Notes: generated from the letters alone by a model not told the origin. A stretch of DNA of 62,223 bases, filler included, from Nemertoderma westbladi (GCA_032718475.1; 3 parts of 3 records of this genome joined end to end with filler, not necessarily neighbours in it); one strand, 5' to 3'. Positions 26,581 to 39,239 are shown, counted from the first letter of the whole stretch. Program-made: numbers and translations.

Positions 26581-26670
26581 CGATATGACTAACTTGCTAA
26601 GTGTGTTGTTGGAAATTAGTTGGAACGATATGACTAACTTGCTAAGTGTGTTGTTGGAAATTAGTTGGAA
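26581..26670. repeat. Perfect 45-bp tandem duplication
   Basis: CGATATGACTAACTTGCTAAGTGTGTTGTTGGAAATTAGTTGGAA at 26581 and 26626. Confidence 0.9.
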
Positions 26671-26877
26671 ACTAATTATTCGAATCAAACTTTTTTTCGA
26701 TTTTAAAAAGACTGAAATCATTTCCAGATACTTAACAATTAAATACAGCCGACCCGGAGTGAAGTATAGAGGCACTGCTAAATCATTTTAATCTTGTACC
26801 TCAACAACTCTGTATAGGTAAGAGAAGAATGCATTGATGCATACAATGTATAATATTTTAAGGGGCGCTACTTTTTT

Positions 26878-29800
26878 TGGGTTACAGTACATTGATTACC
26901 TGTGCCATTAGATCCGCTCTCAGTATGGGGTACAGTTACAGTACATTGATTACCTGTGCCATTAGATCCGCTCTCAATATTGGGTACAGTTACAGTACAT
27001 TGATTACCTGTGCCATTAGATCCGCTCTCAGTATTGGGTACAGTTACAGTACATTGATTACCTGTGCCATTAGATCCTCTCTCAGTATTGGGTACAGTTA
27101 CAGTACATTGATTACCTGTGCCATTAGATCCGCTCTCAGTATTGGGTACAGTTACAGTACATTGATTACCTGTGCCATTAGATCCGCTCACACTATTGAG
27201 TACAGTTACAGTACATTGATTACCTGTGCCATTAGATCCGCTCTCAGTATGGGGTACAGTTACAGTACATTGATCACCTGTGCCATTAGATCCGCTCTCA
27301 GTATTGGGTACAGTTACAGTACATTGATTACCTGTGCCATTAGATCCGCTCTCAGTATGGGGTACAGTTACAGTACATTGATTACCTGTGCCATTAGATC
27401 CGCTCTCAGTATTGGTTACAGTTACAGTACATTGATTACCTGTGCCATTAGATCCGCTCACACTATTGGGTACAGTTACAGTACATTGATTACCTGTGCC
27501 AATAGATCCGCTCTCAGTATGGAGTACAGTTACAGTATATTGATTACCTGTGCCATTAGATCCGCTCTCAGTATTGGTTACAGTTACAGTACATTGATTA
27601 CCTGTGCCATTAGATCCGCTCTCAGTATTGGGTACAGTTACAGTACATTGATTACCTGTGCCATTAGATCCGCTCTCAGTATTGGGTACAGTTACAGTAC
27701 ATTGATTACCTGTGCCATTAGATCCGCTCTCAGTATTGGTTACAGTTACATTACATTGATTACCTGTGCCATTAGATCCGCTCTCAGTATTGGGTACAGT
27801 TACAGTACATTGATTACCTGTGCCATTAGATCCGCTCTCAGTATTGGTTACAGTTACAGTACATTGATTACCTGTGCCATTAGATCCGCTCTCAGTATTG
27901 GTTACAGTACATTGATTACCTGTGCCATTAGATCCGCTCTCAGTATTGGTTACAGTTACAGTACATTGATTACCTGTGCCATTAGATCCGCTCTCAGTAT
28001 GGGGTACAGTTACAGTACATTGATCACCTGTGCCATTAGATCCGCTCTCAGTATTGGGTACAGTTACAGTACATTGATTACCTGTGCCATTAGATCCGCT
28101 CTCAGTATGGGGTACAGTTACAGTACATTGATTACCTGTGCCATTAGATCCGCTCTCAGTATTGGTTACAGTTACAGTACATTGATTACCTGTGCCATTA
28201 GATCCGCTCACACTATTGGGTACAGTTACAGTACATTGATTACCTGTGCCAATAGATCCGCTCTCAGTATGGGGTACAGTTACAGTATATTGATTACCTG
28301 TGCCATTAGATCCGCTCTCAGTATCGGGTACAGTTACAGTACATTGATTACCTGTGCCATTAGATCCGCTCTCAGTATTGGTTACAGTTACAGTACATTG
28401 ATTACCTGTGCCATTAGATCCGCTCTCAGTATCGGGTACAGTTAAGTACATTGATTACCTGTGCCATTAGATCCGCTCTCAGTATTGGGTACAGTTACAG
28501 TACATTGATTACCTGTGCCATTAGATCCGCTCTCAGTATTGGTTACAGTTACAGTACATTGATTACCTGTGCCATTAGATCCGCTCTCAGTATGGGGTAC
28601 AGTTAAGGTACATTGATTACCTGTGCCATTAGATCCGCTCACAGTATTGGTTACAGTTACAGTACATTGATTACCTGTGCCATTAGATCCGCTCTCAGTA
28701 TGGGGTACAGTTACAGTACATTGATTACCTGTGCCATTAGATCCGCTCTCAGAATTGGTTACAGTTACAGTACATTGATTACCTGTGCCATTAGATCCGC
28801 TCACACTATTGGGTACAGTTACAGTACATTGATTACCTGTACCATTAGATCCGCTCTCAGTATTGGGTACAGTTACAGTACATTGATTACCTGTGCCATT
28901 AGATCCGCTCTCAGTATCGGGTACAGTTACAGTACATTGATTACCTGTGCCATTAGATCCGCTCACACTATTGGGTACAGTTACAGTACATTGATTACCT
29001 GTGCCATTAGATCCGCTCACACTATTGGGTACAGTTACAGTACATTGATTACCTGTGCCAATAGATCCGCTCTCAGTATTGGGTACAGTTACAGTACATT
29101 GATTACCTGTGCCATTAGATCCGCTCTCAGTATTGGTTACAGTTACAGTACATTGATTACCTGTGCCATTAGATCCGCTCTCAGTATTGGGTACAGTTAC
29201 AGTACATTGATTACCTGTGCCATTAGATCCGCTCTCAGTATTGGGTACAGTTACAGTACATTGATTACCTGTGCCATTAGATCCGCTCACACTATTGGGT
29301 ACAGTTACAGTACATTGATTACCTATGCCAATAGATCCGCTCTCAGTATGGGGTACAGTTACAGTACATTGATTACCTGTGCCATTAGATCCGCTCTCAG
29401 TATTGGGTACAGTTACAGTACATTGATTACCTGTGCCAATAGATCCGCTCTCAGTATCGGGTATAGTTACAGTACATTGATTACCTGTGCCATTAGATCC
29501 GCTCTCAGTATTGGGTACAGTTACAGTACATTGATTACCTGTACCATTAGATCCGCTCTCAGTATTGGGTACAGTTACAGTACATTGATTACCTGTGCCA
29601 TTAGATCCGCTCTCAGTATCGGGTACAGTTACAGTACATTGATTACCTGTGCCATTAGATCCGCTCACACTATTGGGTACAGTTACAGTACATTGATTAC
29701 CTGTGCCATTAGATCCGCTCACACTATTGGGTACAGTTACAGTACATTGATTACCTGTGCCAATAGATCCGCTCTCAGTATTGGGTACAGTTACAGTACA

Positions 29801-31250
29801 TTGATTACCTGTGCCATTAGATCCGCTCTCAGTATTGGTTACAGTTACAGTACATTGATTACCTGTGCCATTAGATCCGCTCTCAGTATTGGGTACAGTT
29901 ACAGTACATTGATTACCTGTGCCATTAGATCCGCTCTCAGTATTGGGTACAGTTACAGTACATTGATTACCTGTGCCATTAGATCCGCTCACACTATTGG
30001 GTACAGTTACAGTACATTGATTACCTATGCCAATAGATCCGCTCTCAGTATGGGGTACAGTTACAGTACATTGATTACCTGTGCCATTAGATCCGCTCTC
30101 AGTATTGGGTACAGTTACAGTACATTGATTACCTGTGCCAATAGATCCGCTCTCAGTATCGGGTATAGTTACAGTACATTGATTACCTGTGCCATTAGAT
30201 CCGCTCTCAGTATTGGGTACAGTTACAGTACATTGATTACCTGTACCATTAGATCCGCTCTCAGTATTGGGTACAGTTACAGTACATTGATTACCTGTGC
30301 CAATAGATCCGCTCTCAGTATGGGGTACAGTTACAGTACATTGATTACCTGTGCCATTAGATCCGCTCACACTATGGGGTACAGTTACAGTATATTGATT
30401 ACCTGTGCCATTAGATCCGCTCTCAATATTGGGTACAGTTACAGTACATTGATTACCTGTGCCATTAGATCCGCTCACACTATGGGGTACAGTTACAGTA
30501 TATTGATTACCTGTGCCATTAGATCCGCTCACACTATTGGGTACAGTTACAGTACATTGATTACCTGTGCCATTAGATCCGCTCTCAATATTGGGTACAG
30601 TTACAGTACATTGATTACCTGTGCCAATAGATCCGCTCTCAGTATGGGGTACAGTTACAGTACATTGATTACCTGTACCATTAGATCCGCTCTCAGTATG
30701 GGCTACAGTTACAGTACATGGATTACCTGTACCATTAGATCCGCTCACTCTATGGGGTACAGTTACAGTACATTGATTACCTGTGCCAATAGATCCGCTC
30801 TCAGTATGGGGTACAGTTACAGTACATTGATTACCTGTACCATTAGATCCGCTCTCAGTATGGGCTACAGTTACAGTACATTGATTACCTGTGCCATTAG
30901 ATCCGCTCACACTATTGGGTACAGTTACAGTACATTGATTACCTGTGCCATTAGATCCGCTCTCAGTATGGGGTACAGTTACAGTACATTGATTACCTGT
31001 GCCATTAGATCCGCTCTCAGTATCGGGTACAGTTACAGTACATTGATTACCTGTGCCATTAGATCCGCTCTCAGTATGGGGTACAGTTACAGTACATTGA
31101 TTACCTGTGCCATTAGATCCGCTCTCAGTATTGGGTACAGTTACAGTACATTGATTACCTGTGCCATTAGATCCGCTCTCAGTATTGGGTACAGTTACAG
31201 TACATTGATTACCTGTGCCATTAGATCCGCTCTCAGTATTGGGTACAGTA
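26878..31250 (-). repeat. 54-bp tandem array (~81 copies) of 36 nt exon end plus 18 nt intron start
   Basis: Unit CTGTACCCAATACTGAGAGCGGATCTAATGGCACAG|GTAATCAATGTACTGTAA. The top copy is the real exon end (LYPILRADLMAQ). Confidence 0.97.
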
Positions 31251-31395
31251 TGGGTTCAATGTGGTCTATTTCCTGAATGATCAACGTCTTTCCGAACCTA
31301 ACAGCTAACTCTAAGGCAGTAACGAAGTTAGCGTCCTGCTGGTTAACAACTTCTAATCGCTGATCGCGAAGATGACGTTTCAACCATTCCGTTGC
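31213..31395 (-). CDS. DYNC2H1: DYNC2H1 exon (AAA5)
   Basis: ATEWLKRHLRDQRLEVVNQQDANFVTALELAVRFGKTLIIQEIDHIEPILYPILRADLMAQ; 183 bp, AG/GT boundaries. Confidence 0.95.
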
Positions 31396-31571
31396 CTAGA
31401 TTCAATTAAAAAATAATTAAAACATGCAAATCAACACCCCCCATCCCACCCCCCCCCCCCCCCCCCCCCCCCCCTCACGCACTCGCAAACAGACTTGAAA
31501 AACGGTCCCAGTCTAATTATAACAGTTCTCTGATGCTCGCAGTTCTGTTTCCCGATATTTTAAGCACTAAC

Positions 31572-31821
31572 CTGAGAACTTGGATCAATAAGGTAGGAGC
31601 ACAAATCGTTGTGTTTAATAATAACAGCGTTCTCCATTGATAGGTCGTCACTAGGCAACCCTTCAGCCTTCCACTTGAGTTGCTCCGATTCGGTGGAGAG
31701 GAATCGTCGAATCTCGAAGTTTTTCAAGCCGAGTTGATCGCACCACGCCTTCACGGAATCACGTCGTACGTCCTCTGGAGCCGAGGGCAGGTAGGTGATA
31801 AACGCCGCCGCAATAAGCGCC
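31572..31821 (-). CDS. DYNC2H1: DYNC2H1 exon
   Basis: ALIAAAFITYLPSAPED...RRFLSTESEQLKWKAEGLPSDDLSMENA...LIDPSSQ. Confidence 0.95.
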
Positions 31822-32039
31822 CTGGTGGGAGGTGATAACAAGTTGTAATTACTGCAGCGCCTTGATGGCAGATCAGGTAAAAGTTATAATGATCTAACAT
31901 AATTAAAGCTTTCTTTCCTTCCGAGTTGATAATCTTGTTGAAATAGTTGTTTCGTTTTGGCCATAAAGTATTATATAATATCAGGATACCAAATCAATGT
32001 GTATTAGGTGCGAATCTCAATGGATCCCAGGTTGCTAAC

Positions 32040-32207
32040 CTAGCTGGCAGTGTTGTTGTCTCGTTACTAAGTTCCTTCACCTGGTTGCTCCAACGTTTGT
32101 ACTCGCTGTCGAGTTTACCAACTAGGTTCTCAGCCGCCGTTATCATCTCGTTAGCTTTGTCCAACTCAATCTTTAGTTTAGCTGCAACAGTTGTGTTTTT
32201 CTCAAAA
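32040..32207 (-). CDS. DYNC2H1: DYNC2H1 exon (stalk coiled coil)
   Basis: FEKNTTVAAKLKIELDKANEMITAAENLVGKLDSEYKRWSNQVKELSNETTTLPA; phases consistent. Confidence 0.92.
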
Positions 32208-32345
32208 CTGAAACAAATAAAAAACGATTGTTCTAGGAGTTACGATTGATTTCATACAGACGTTCTTAACGAGAAGTGTTCAGATTGCAGCAAACACTAC
32301 CATGAAGTATGTAAGGTTTACTAAACTTATTAATTGACAACGTAC

Positions 32346-32492
32346 CCATTCCGCAGTTCCAATACTTTTCCATCCACTTCGGCTAACGCCGATTTCAAAC
32401 CATCCAGTTGGGCCTGGCTTCTGTCAACGTTCTTCTGTAACACCGCTTGTTCATTCTCCAAGGGTGCGATCGACTCGATTACCTTGGAGTAT
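32346..32492 (-). CDS. DYNC2H1: DYNC2H1 exon (stalk coiled coil)
   Basis: YSKVIESIAPLENEQAVLQKNVDRSQAQLDGLKSALAEVDGKVLELRN; TAG| and |GTACGT. Confidence 0.92.
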
Positions 32493-32697
32493 CTATATAA
32501 AGACAGCAATGATCGCTATATTACTGAAGTGCTTACATTTTATGTGTGTGGTGTAGGAGTGAAGTCAACCACACCCACCGCCACCGTCCGCTTGTATTGT
32601 GCTACTACGCAAGCATTATACAACATCAGACAGACAATATTCAGAACACTGAAAACTATTAATACATGCGTGCACTAGTCACTGTATTAGACCACGC

Positions 32698-35600
32698 TTG
32701 TGTGTCTACCTACCAAACATTTTCCCGCACCCAGGCCGCCGGTTGTGTGTCTACCTACCTAACATTTTCTTGCACCCAGGCCGCCGGTTGTGTGTCTACC
32801 TACCTAACATTTTCCTGCACCCAGGCCGCCGGTTGTGTGTCTACCTACCTAACATTTTCTTGCACCCAGGCCGCCGGTTGTGTGTCTACCTACCTAACAT
32901 TTTCCTGCACCCAGGCCGCCGGTTGTGTGTCTACCTACCTAACATTTTCCTGCACCCAGGCCGCCGGTTGTGTGTCTACCTACCAAACATTTTCCTACAC
33001 CCAGGCCGCCGGTGTGTGTCTACCTACCTAACATTTTCCTGCACCCAGGCCGCCGGTTGTGTGTCTACCTACCTAACATTTTCTTGCACCCAGGCCGCCG
33101 GTGGGTGTCTACCTACCTAACATTTTCCTGCACCCAGGCCGCCGGTTGTGTGTCTACCTACCTAACATTTTCCTGCACCCAGGCCGCCGGTTGTGTGTCT
33201 ACCTACCTAACATTTTCCTGCACCCAGGCCGCCGGTTGTGTGTCTACCTACCAAACATTTTCCTACACCCAGGCCGCCGGTTGTGTGTCTACCTACCAAA
33301 CATTTTCCTACACCCAGGCCGCCGGTGTGTGTCTACCTACCTAACATTTTCCTGCACCCAGGCCGCCGGTTGTGTGTCTACCTACCTAACATTTTCTTGC
33401 ACCCAGGCCGCCGGTGGGTGTCTACCTACCTAACATTTTCCTACACCCAGGCCGCCGGTGTGTGTCTACCTACCTAACATTTTCCTGCACCCAGGCCGCC
33501 GGTTGTGTGTCTACCTACCTAACATTTTCTTGCACCCAGGCCGCCGGTGGGTGTCTACCTACCTAACATTTTCCTACACCCAGGCCGCCGGTGGGTGTCT
33601 ACCTACCTAACATTTTCCTGCACCCAGGTCGCCGGTGGGTGTCTACCTACCTAACATTTGCCTGCACCCAGGCCGCCGGTTGTGTGTCTACCTACCTAAC
33701 ATTTTCCTGCACCCAGGCCGCCGGTTGTGTGTCTACCTACCTAACATTTTCCTGCACCCAGGCCGCCGGTGTGTGTCTACCTACCTAACATTTTCCTGCA
33801 CCCAGGCCGCCGGTTGTGTGTCTACCTACCTAACATTTTCCCGCACCCAGGCCGCCGGTTGTGTGTCTACCTACCTAACATTTGCCTGCACCCAGGCCGC
33901 CGGTTGTGTGTCTACCTACCTAACATTTTCCTGCACCCAGGCCGCCGGTTGTGTGTCTACCTACCTAACATTTTCCTGCACCCAGGCCGCCGGTTGTGTG
34001 TCTACCTACCTAACATTTTCCTGCACCCAGGCCGCCGGTTGTGTGTCTACCTACCTAACATTTTCCTGCACCCAGGCCGCCGGTTGTGTGTCTACCTACC
34101 TAACATTTTCCTGCACCCAGGCCGCCGGTTGTGTGTCTACCTACCTAACATTTTCCCGCACCCAGGCCGCCGGTTGTGTGTCTACCTACCTAACATTTTC
34201 CTGCACCCAGGCCGCCGGTGGGTGTCTACCTACCTAACATTTTCCTGCACCCAGGCCGCCGGTTGTGTGTCTACCTACCTAACATTTTCATGCACCCAGG
34301 CCGCCGGTTGTGTGTCTACCTACCTAACATTTTCCTGCACCCAGGCCGCCGGTTGTGTGTCTACCTACCTAACATTTCCCCGCACCCAGGCCGCCGGTTG
34401 CGTGTCTACCTACCTAACATTTTCCTGCAGCCAGGCCTCCGGTTGTGTGTCTACCTACCTAACATTTCCCCGCACCCAGGCCGCCGGTTGCGTGTCTACC
34501 TACCTAACATTTTCCTGCAGCCAGGCCGCCGGTTGTGTGTCTACCTACCTAACATTTTCCTGCAGCCAGGCCTCCGGTTGTGTGTCTACCTACCTAACAT
34601 TTCCCCGCACCCAGGCCGCCGGTTGCGTGTCTACCTACCTAACATTTTCCTGCACCCAGGCCGCCGGTTGTGTGTCTACCTACCTAACATTTCCCCGCAC
34701 CCAGGCCGCCGGTTGCGTGTCTACCTACCTAACATTTTCCTGCAGCCAGGCCGCCGGTTGTGTGTCTACCTACCTAACATTTTCCTGCACCCAGGCCGCC
34801 GGTTGTGTGTCTACCTACCTAACATTTTCCTTTCCTGCACCCAGGCCGCCGGTGGGTGTCTACCTACCTAACATTTCCCCGCACCCAGGCCGCCGGTGGG
34901 TGTCTACCTACCTAACATTTTCCTGCACCCAGGCCGCCGGTTGTGTGTCTACCTACCTAACATTTTCCTGCACCCAGGCCGCCGGTTGTGTGTCTACCTA
35001 CCTAACATTTTCCTGCACCCAGGCCGCCGGTTGTGTGTCTACCTACCTAACATTTTCTTGCACCCAGGCCACCGGTTGTGTGTCTACCTACCTAACATTT
35101 GCCTGCACCCAGGCCGCCGGTTGTGTGTCTACCTACCTAACATTTTCCTGCACCCAGGCCGCCGGTGGGTGTCTACCTACCTAACATTTTCCTGCACCCA
35201 GGCCGCCGGTGGGTGTCTACCTACCTAACATTTTCCTGCACCCAGGCCGCCGGTTGTGTGTCTACCTACCTAACATTTGCCTGCACCCAGGCCGCCGGTT
35301 GTGTGTCTACCTACCTAACATTTTCCTGCACCCAGGGCGCCGGTGGGTGTCTACCTACCTAACATTTCCCCGCACCCAGGCCGCCGGTTGTGTGTCTACC
35401 TACCTAACATTTTCATGCACCCAGGCCGCCGGTTGTGTGTCTACCTACCTAACATTTTCCTGCACCCAGGCCGCCGGTTGTGTGTCTACCTACCTAACAT
35501 TTGCCTGCACCCAGGCCGCCGGTTGTGTGTCTACCTACCTAACATTTTCCTGCACCCAGGCCGCCGGTGGGTGTCTACCTACCTAACATTTCCCCGCACC

Positions 35601-38600
35601 CAGGCCGCCGGTTGTGTGTCTACCTACCTAACATTTTCCTGCACCCAGGCCGCCGGTTGTGTGTCTACCTACCTAACATTTTCCCGCACCCAGGCCGCCG
35701 GTTGTGTGTCTACCTACCTAACATTTTCCCGCACCCAGGCCGCCGGTTGTGTGTCTACCTACCTAACATTTTCCCGCACCCAGGCCGCCGGTTGTGTGTC
35801 TACCTACCTAACATTTTCCCGCACCCAGGCCGCCGGTTGTGTGTCTACCTACCTAACATTTTCCCGCACCCAGGCCGCCGGTGGGTGTCTACCTACCTAA
35901 CATTTTCCTGCACCCAGGCCGCCGGTTGTGTGTCTACCTACCTAACATTTTCCTGCACCCAGGCCGCCGGTTGTGTGTCTACCTACCTAACATTTGCCTT
36001 CACCCAGGCCGCCGGTTGTGTGTCTACCTACCTAACATTTTCCTGCACCCAGGCCGCCGGTGGGTGTCTACCTACCTAACATTTTCCTGCACCCAGGCCG
36101 CCGGTGGGTGTCTACCTACCTAACATTTTCCTGCACCCAGGCCGCCGGTGGGTGTCTACCTACCTAACATTTTCCTGCACCCAGGCCGCCGGTTGTGTGT
36201 CTACCTACCTAACATTTTCCTTTCCCGCACCCAGGCCGCCGGTTGTGTGTCTACCTACCTAACATTTTCCTGCACCCAGGCCGCCGGTGGGTGTCTACCT
36301 ACCTAACATTTTCCTGCACCCAGGCCGCCGGTTGTGTGTCTACCTACGTAACATTTTCCCGCACCCAGGCCGCCGGTGGGTGTCTACCTACCTAACATTT
36401 TCCTGCACCCAGGCCGCCGGTGGGTGTCTACCTACCTAACATTTTCCTGCACCCAGGCCGCCGGTTGTGTGTCTACCTACCTAACATTTTCCTTTCCCGC
36501 ACCCAGGCCGCCGGTTGTGTGTCTACCTACCTAACATTTTCCTGCACCCAGGCCGCCGGTTGTGTGTCTACCTACCTAACATTTTCCCGCACCTAGGCCG
36601 CCGGTTGTGTGTCTACCTACCTAACATTTTCCCGCACCCAGGCCGCCGGTTGTGTGTCTACCTACCTAACATTTTCCTTTCCCGCACCCAGGCCGCCGGT
36701 TGTGTGTCTACCTACCTAACATTTTCCTTTCCCGCACCCAGGCCGCCGGTTGTGTGTCTACCTACCTAACATTTTCCTGCACCCAGGCCGCCGGTTGTGT
36801 GTCTACCTACCTAACATTTTCCCGCACCCAGGCCGCCGGTTGTGTGTCTACCTACCTAACATTTTCTTGCACCCAGGCCGCCGGTGGGTGTCTACCTACC
36901 TAACATTTTCCCGCACCCAGGCCGCCGGTTGTGTGTCTACCTACCTAACATTTTCCTGCACCCAGGCCGCCGGTTGTGTGTCTACCTACCTAACATTTTC
37001 CTGCACCCAGGCCGCCGGTTGTGTGTCTACCTACCTAACATTTGCCTGCACCCAGGCCGCCGGTTGTGTGTCTACCTACCTAACATTTTCCCGCACCCAG
37101 GCCGCCGGTTGCGTGTCTACCTACCTAACATTTTCCCGCACCCAGGCCGCCGGTTGTGTGTCTACCTACCTAACATTTGCCTGCACCCAGGCCGCCGGTT
37201 GTGTGTCTACCTACCTAACATTTTCCCGCACCCAGGCCGCCGGTTGTGTGTCTACCTACCTAACATTTTCCTGCACCCAGGCCGCCGGTTGTGTGTCTAC
37301 CTACCTAACATTTGCCTGCACCCAGGCCGCCGGTTGTGTGTCTACCTACCTAACATTTTCTTGCACCCAGGCCGCCGGTGGGTGTCTACCTACCTAACAT
37401 TTTCCCGCACCCAGGCCGCCGGTTGTGTGTCTACCTACCTAACATTTTCCTGCACCCAGGCCGCCGGTTGTGTGTCTACCTACCTAACATTTTCCTGCAC
37501 CCAGGCCGCCGGTTGTGTGTCTACCTACCTAACATTTGCCTGCACCCAGGCCGCCGGTTGTGTGTCTACCTACCTAACATTTTCCTGCACCCAGGCCGCC
37601 GGTTGTGTGTCTACCTACCTAACATTTGCCTGCACCCAGGCCGCCGGTGGGTGTCTACCTACCTAACATTTTCCCGCACCCAGGCCGCCGGTTGTGTGTC
37701 TACCTACCTAACATTTGCCTGCACCCAGGCCGCCGGTTGTGTGTCTACCTACCTAACATTTTCCTGCACCCAGGCCGCCGGTTGTGTGTCTACCTACCTA
37801 ACATTTTCCTACACCCAGGCCGCCGGTGTGTGTCTACCTACCTAACATTTTCCTGCACCCAGGCCGCCGGTGGGTGTCTACCTACCTAACATTTTCCTGC
37901 ACCCAGGCCGCCGGTTGTGTGTCTACCTACCTAACATTTTCCCGCACCCAGGCCGCCGGTTGTGTGTCTACCTACCTAACATTTTCCCGCACCCAGGCCG
38001 CCGGTTGTGTGTCTACCTACCTAACATTTTCCTGCACCCAGGCCGCCGGTGGGTGTCTACCTACGTAACATTTTCCCGCACCCAGGCCGCCGGTTGCGTG
38101 TCTACCTACCTAACATTTTCCTGCACCCAGGCCGCCGGTTGTGTGTCTACCTACCTAACATTTTCCCGCACCCAGGCCGCCGGTTGTGTGTCTACCTACC
38201 TAACATTTTCCTGCACCCAGGCCGCCGGTTGTGTGTCTACCTACCTAACATTTTCCTGCACCCAGGCCGCCGGTTGTGTGTCTACCTACCTAACATTTTC
38301 CTGCACCCAGGCCGCCGGTTGTGTGTCTACCTACCTAACATTTTCCTGCACCCAGGCCGCCGGTTGTGTGTCTACCTACCTAACATTTTCCTGCACCCAG
38401 GCCGCCGGTTGTGTGTCTACCTACCTAACATTTTCCTGCACCCAGGCCGCCGGTTGTGTGTCTACCTACCTAACATTTTCCTGCACCCAGGCCGCCGGTT
38501 GTGTGTCTACCTACCTAACATTTTCCTGCACCCAGGCCGCCGGTTGTGTGTCTACCTACCTAACATTTTCCCGCACCCAGGCCGCCGGTGGGTGTCTACC

Positions 38601-38675
38601 TACCTAACATTTTCCTGCACCCAGGCCGCCGGTGGGTGTCTACCTACCTAACATTTGCTTGCACCCAGGCAGCCA
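32698..38675 (-). repeat. 45-bp (with 44/50-bp variants) tandem array, ~133 copies, of the exon end plus 5' splice site
   Basis: Unit CCGGCGGCCTGGGTGCAGGAAAATGTTAG|GTAGGTAGACACACAA; real exon end CTGGCTGCCTGGGTGCAAGCAAATGTTAG|GTAGGTAGAC. Confidence 0.97.
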
Positions 38676-38816
38676 GCGGGGCAGCTGCAGCACTAGCTCT
38701 CCTCGCCGCTGTCATATCGAATGAACTTTTGTTCTTCTCCAACAACTGTTCCACGGCTGATCTGGTAGCTGGTCGAATATTTCTTGCATCAAACTCTTTA
38801 ATCTGCTCTCTCACAC
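38648..38816 (-). CDS. DYNC2H1: DYNC2H1 exon (microtubule-binding domain)
   Basis: VREQIKEFDARNIRPATRSAVEQLLEKNKSSFDMTAARRASAAAAPLAAWVQANV. Confidence 0.95.
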
Positions 38817-38944
38817 CTAACATTAAAATACAATTGGAAAAGTTATAAATTACATGGGAAATAAAAATTTCGAGAGCAATGCATCTACTGTAAACCTTTG
38901 GATCTAAAAGGAATTCATGACAGCTATTTTGTGTTTATACATGC

Positions 38945-39179
38945 CTTTCTGGGATAAGAATGTTTTCATAGCGGCCCAAGATGTGTCTAGATTGTTCATC
39001 AACCGAAGAACCCCCTCCAATATATCCCGTATAACATCAGGCGGGGCCCGTAGGGATCGGATCTCCGTAATATCCCGTGTACTAATCATACCAACGGCCT
39101 CAGCTGCTTCTCTTAGAACTGGTTCAACCGACGCCAGTTCTTTGTCTATCGCTAACTTCCGCTTCTCTAGTTTTAATAC
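38945..39179 (-). CDS. DYNC2H1: DYNC2H1 exon (stalk/MTBD) ending at a GC donor
   Basis: [22 protein letters not shown]...[40 protein letters not shown]. Phase requires the donor AG|GCATGT. Confidence 0.92.
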
Positions 39180-39239
39180 CTGAATTCAATAAAACAGCAG
39201 TTTAAGTTATTAATATATTTTATACAAATTTTATGTTGA

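Noticed and set aside
26868-31276. Long repetitive ORFs of 522-887 aa (TVTVPNTESGSNGTGNQC; YSYSTLITCAIRSALSIG) resembling antifreeze or adhesin repeats
   Set aside because: They are by-products of a 54-bp unit (a multiple of 3) that is open on both strands. The unit derives from the dynein exon end, whose own frame contains a stop.
32666-38848. Numerous CVYLPNIFLHPGRRL / VSTYLTFSCTQAAG ORFs
   Set aside because: Antisense translations of the 45-bp donor array, broken at random by 44/50-bp units.
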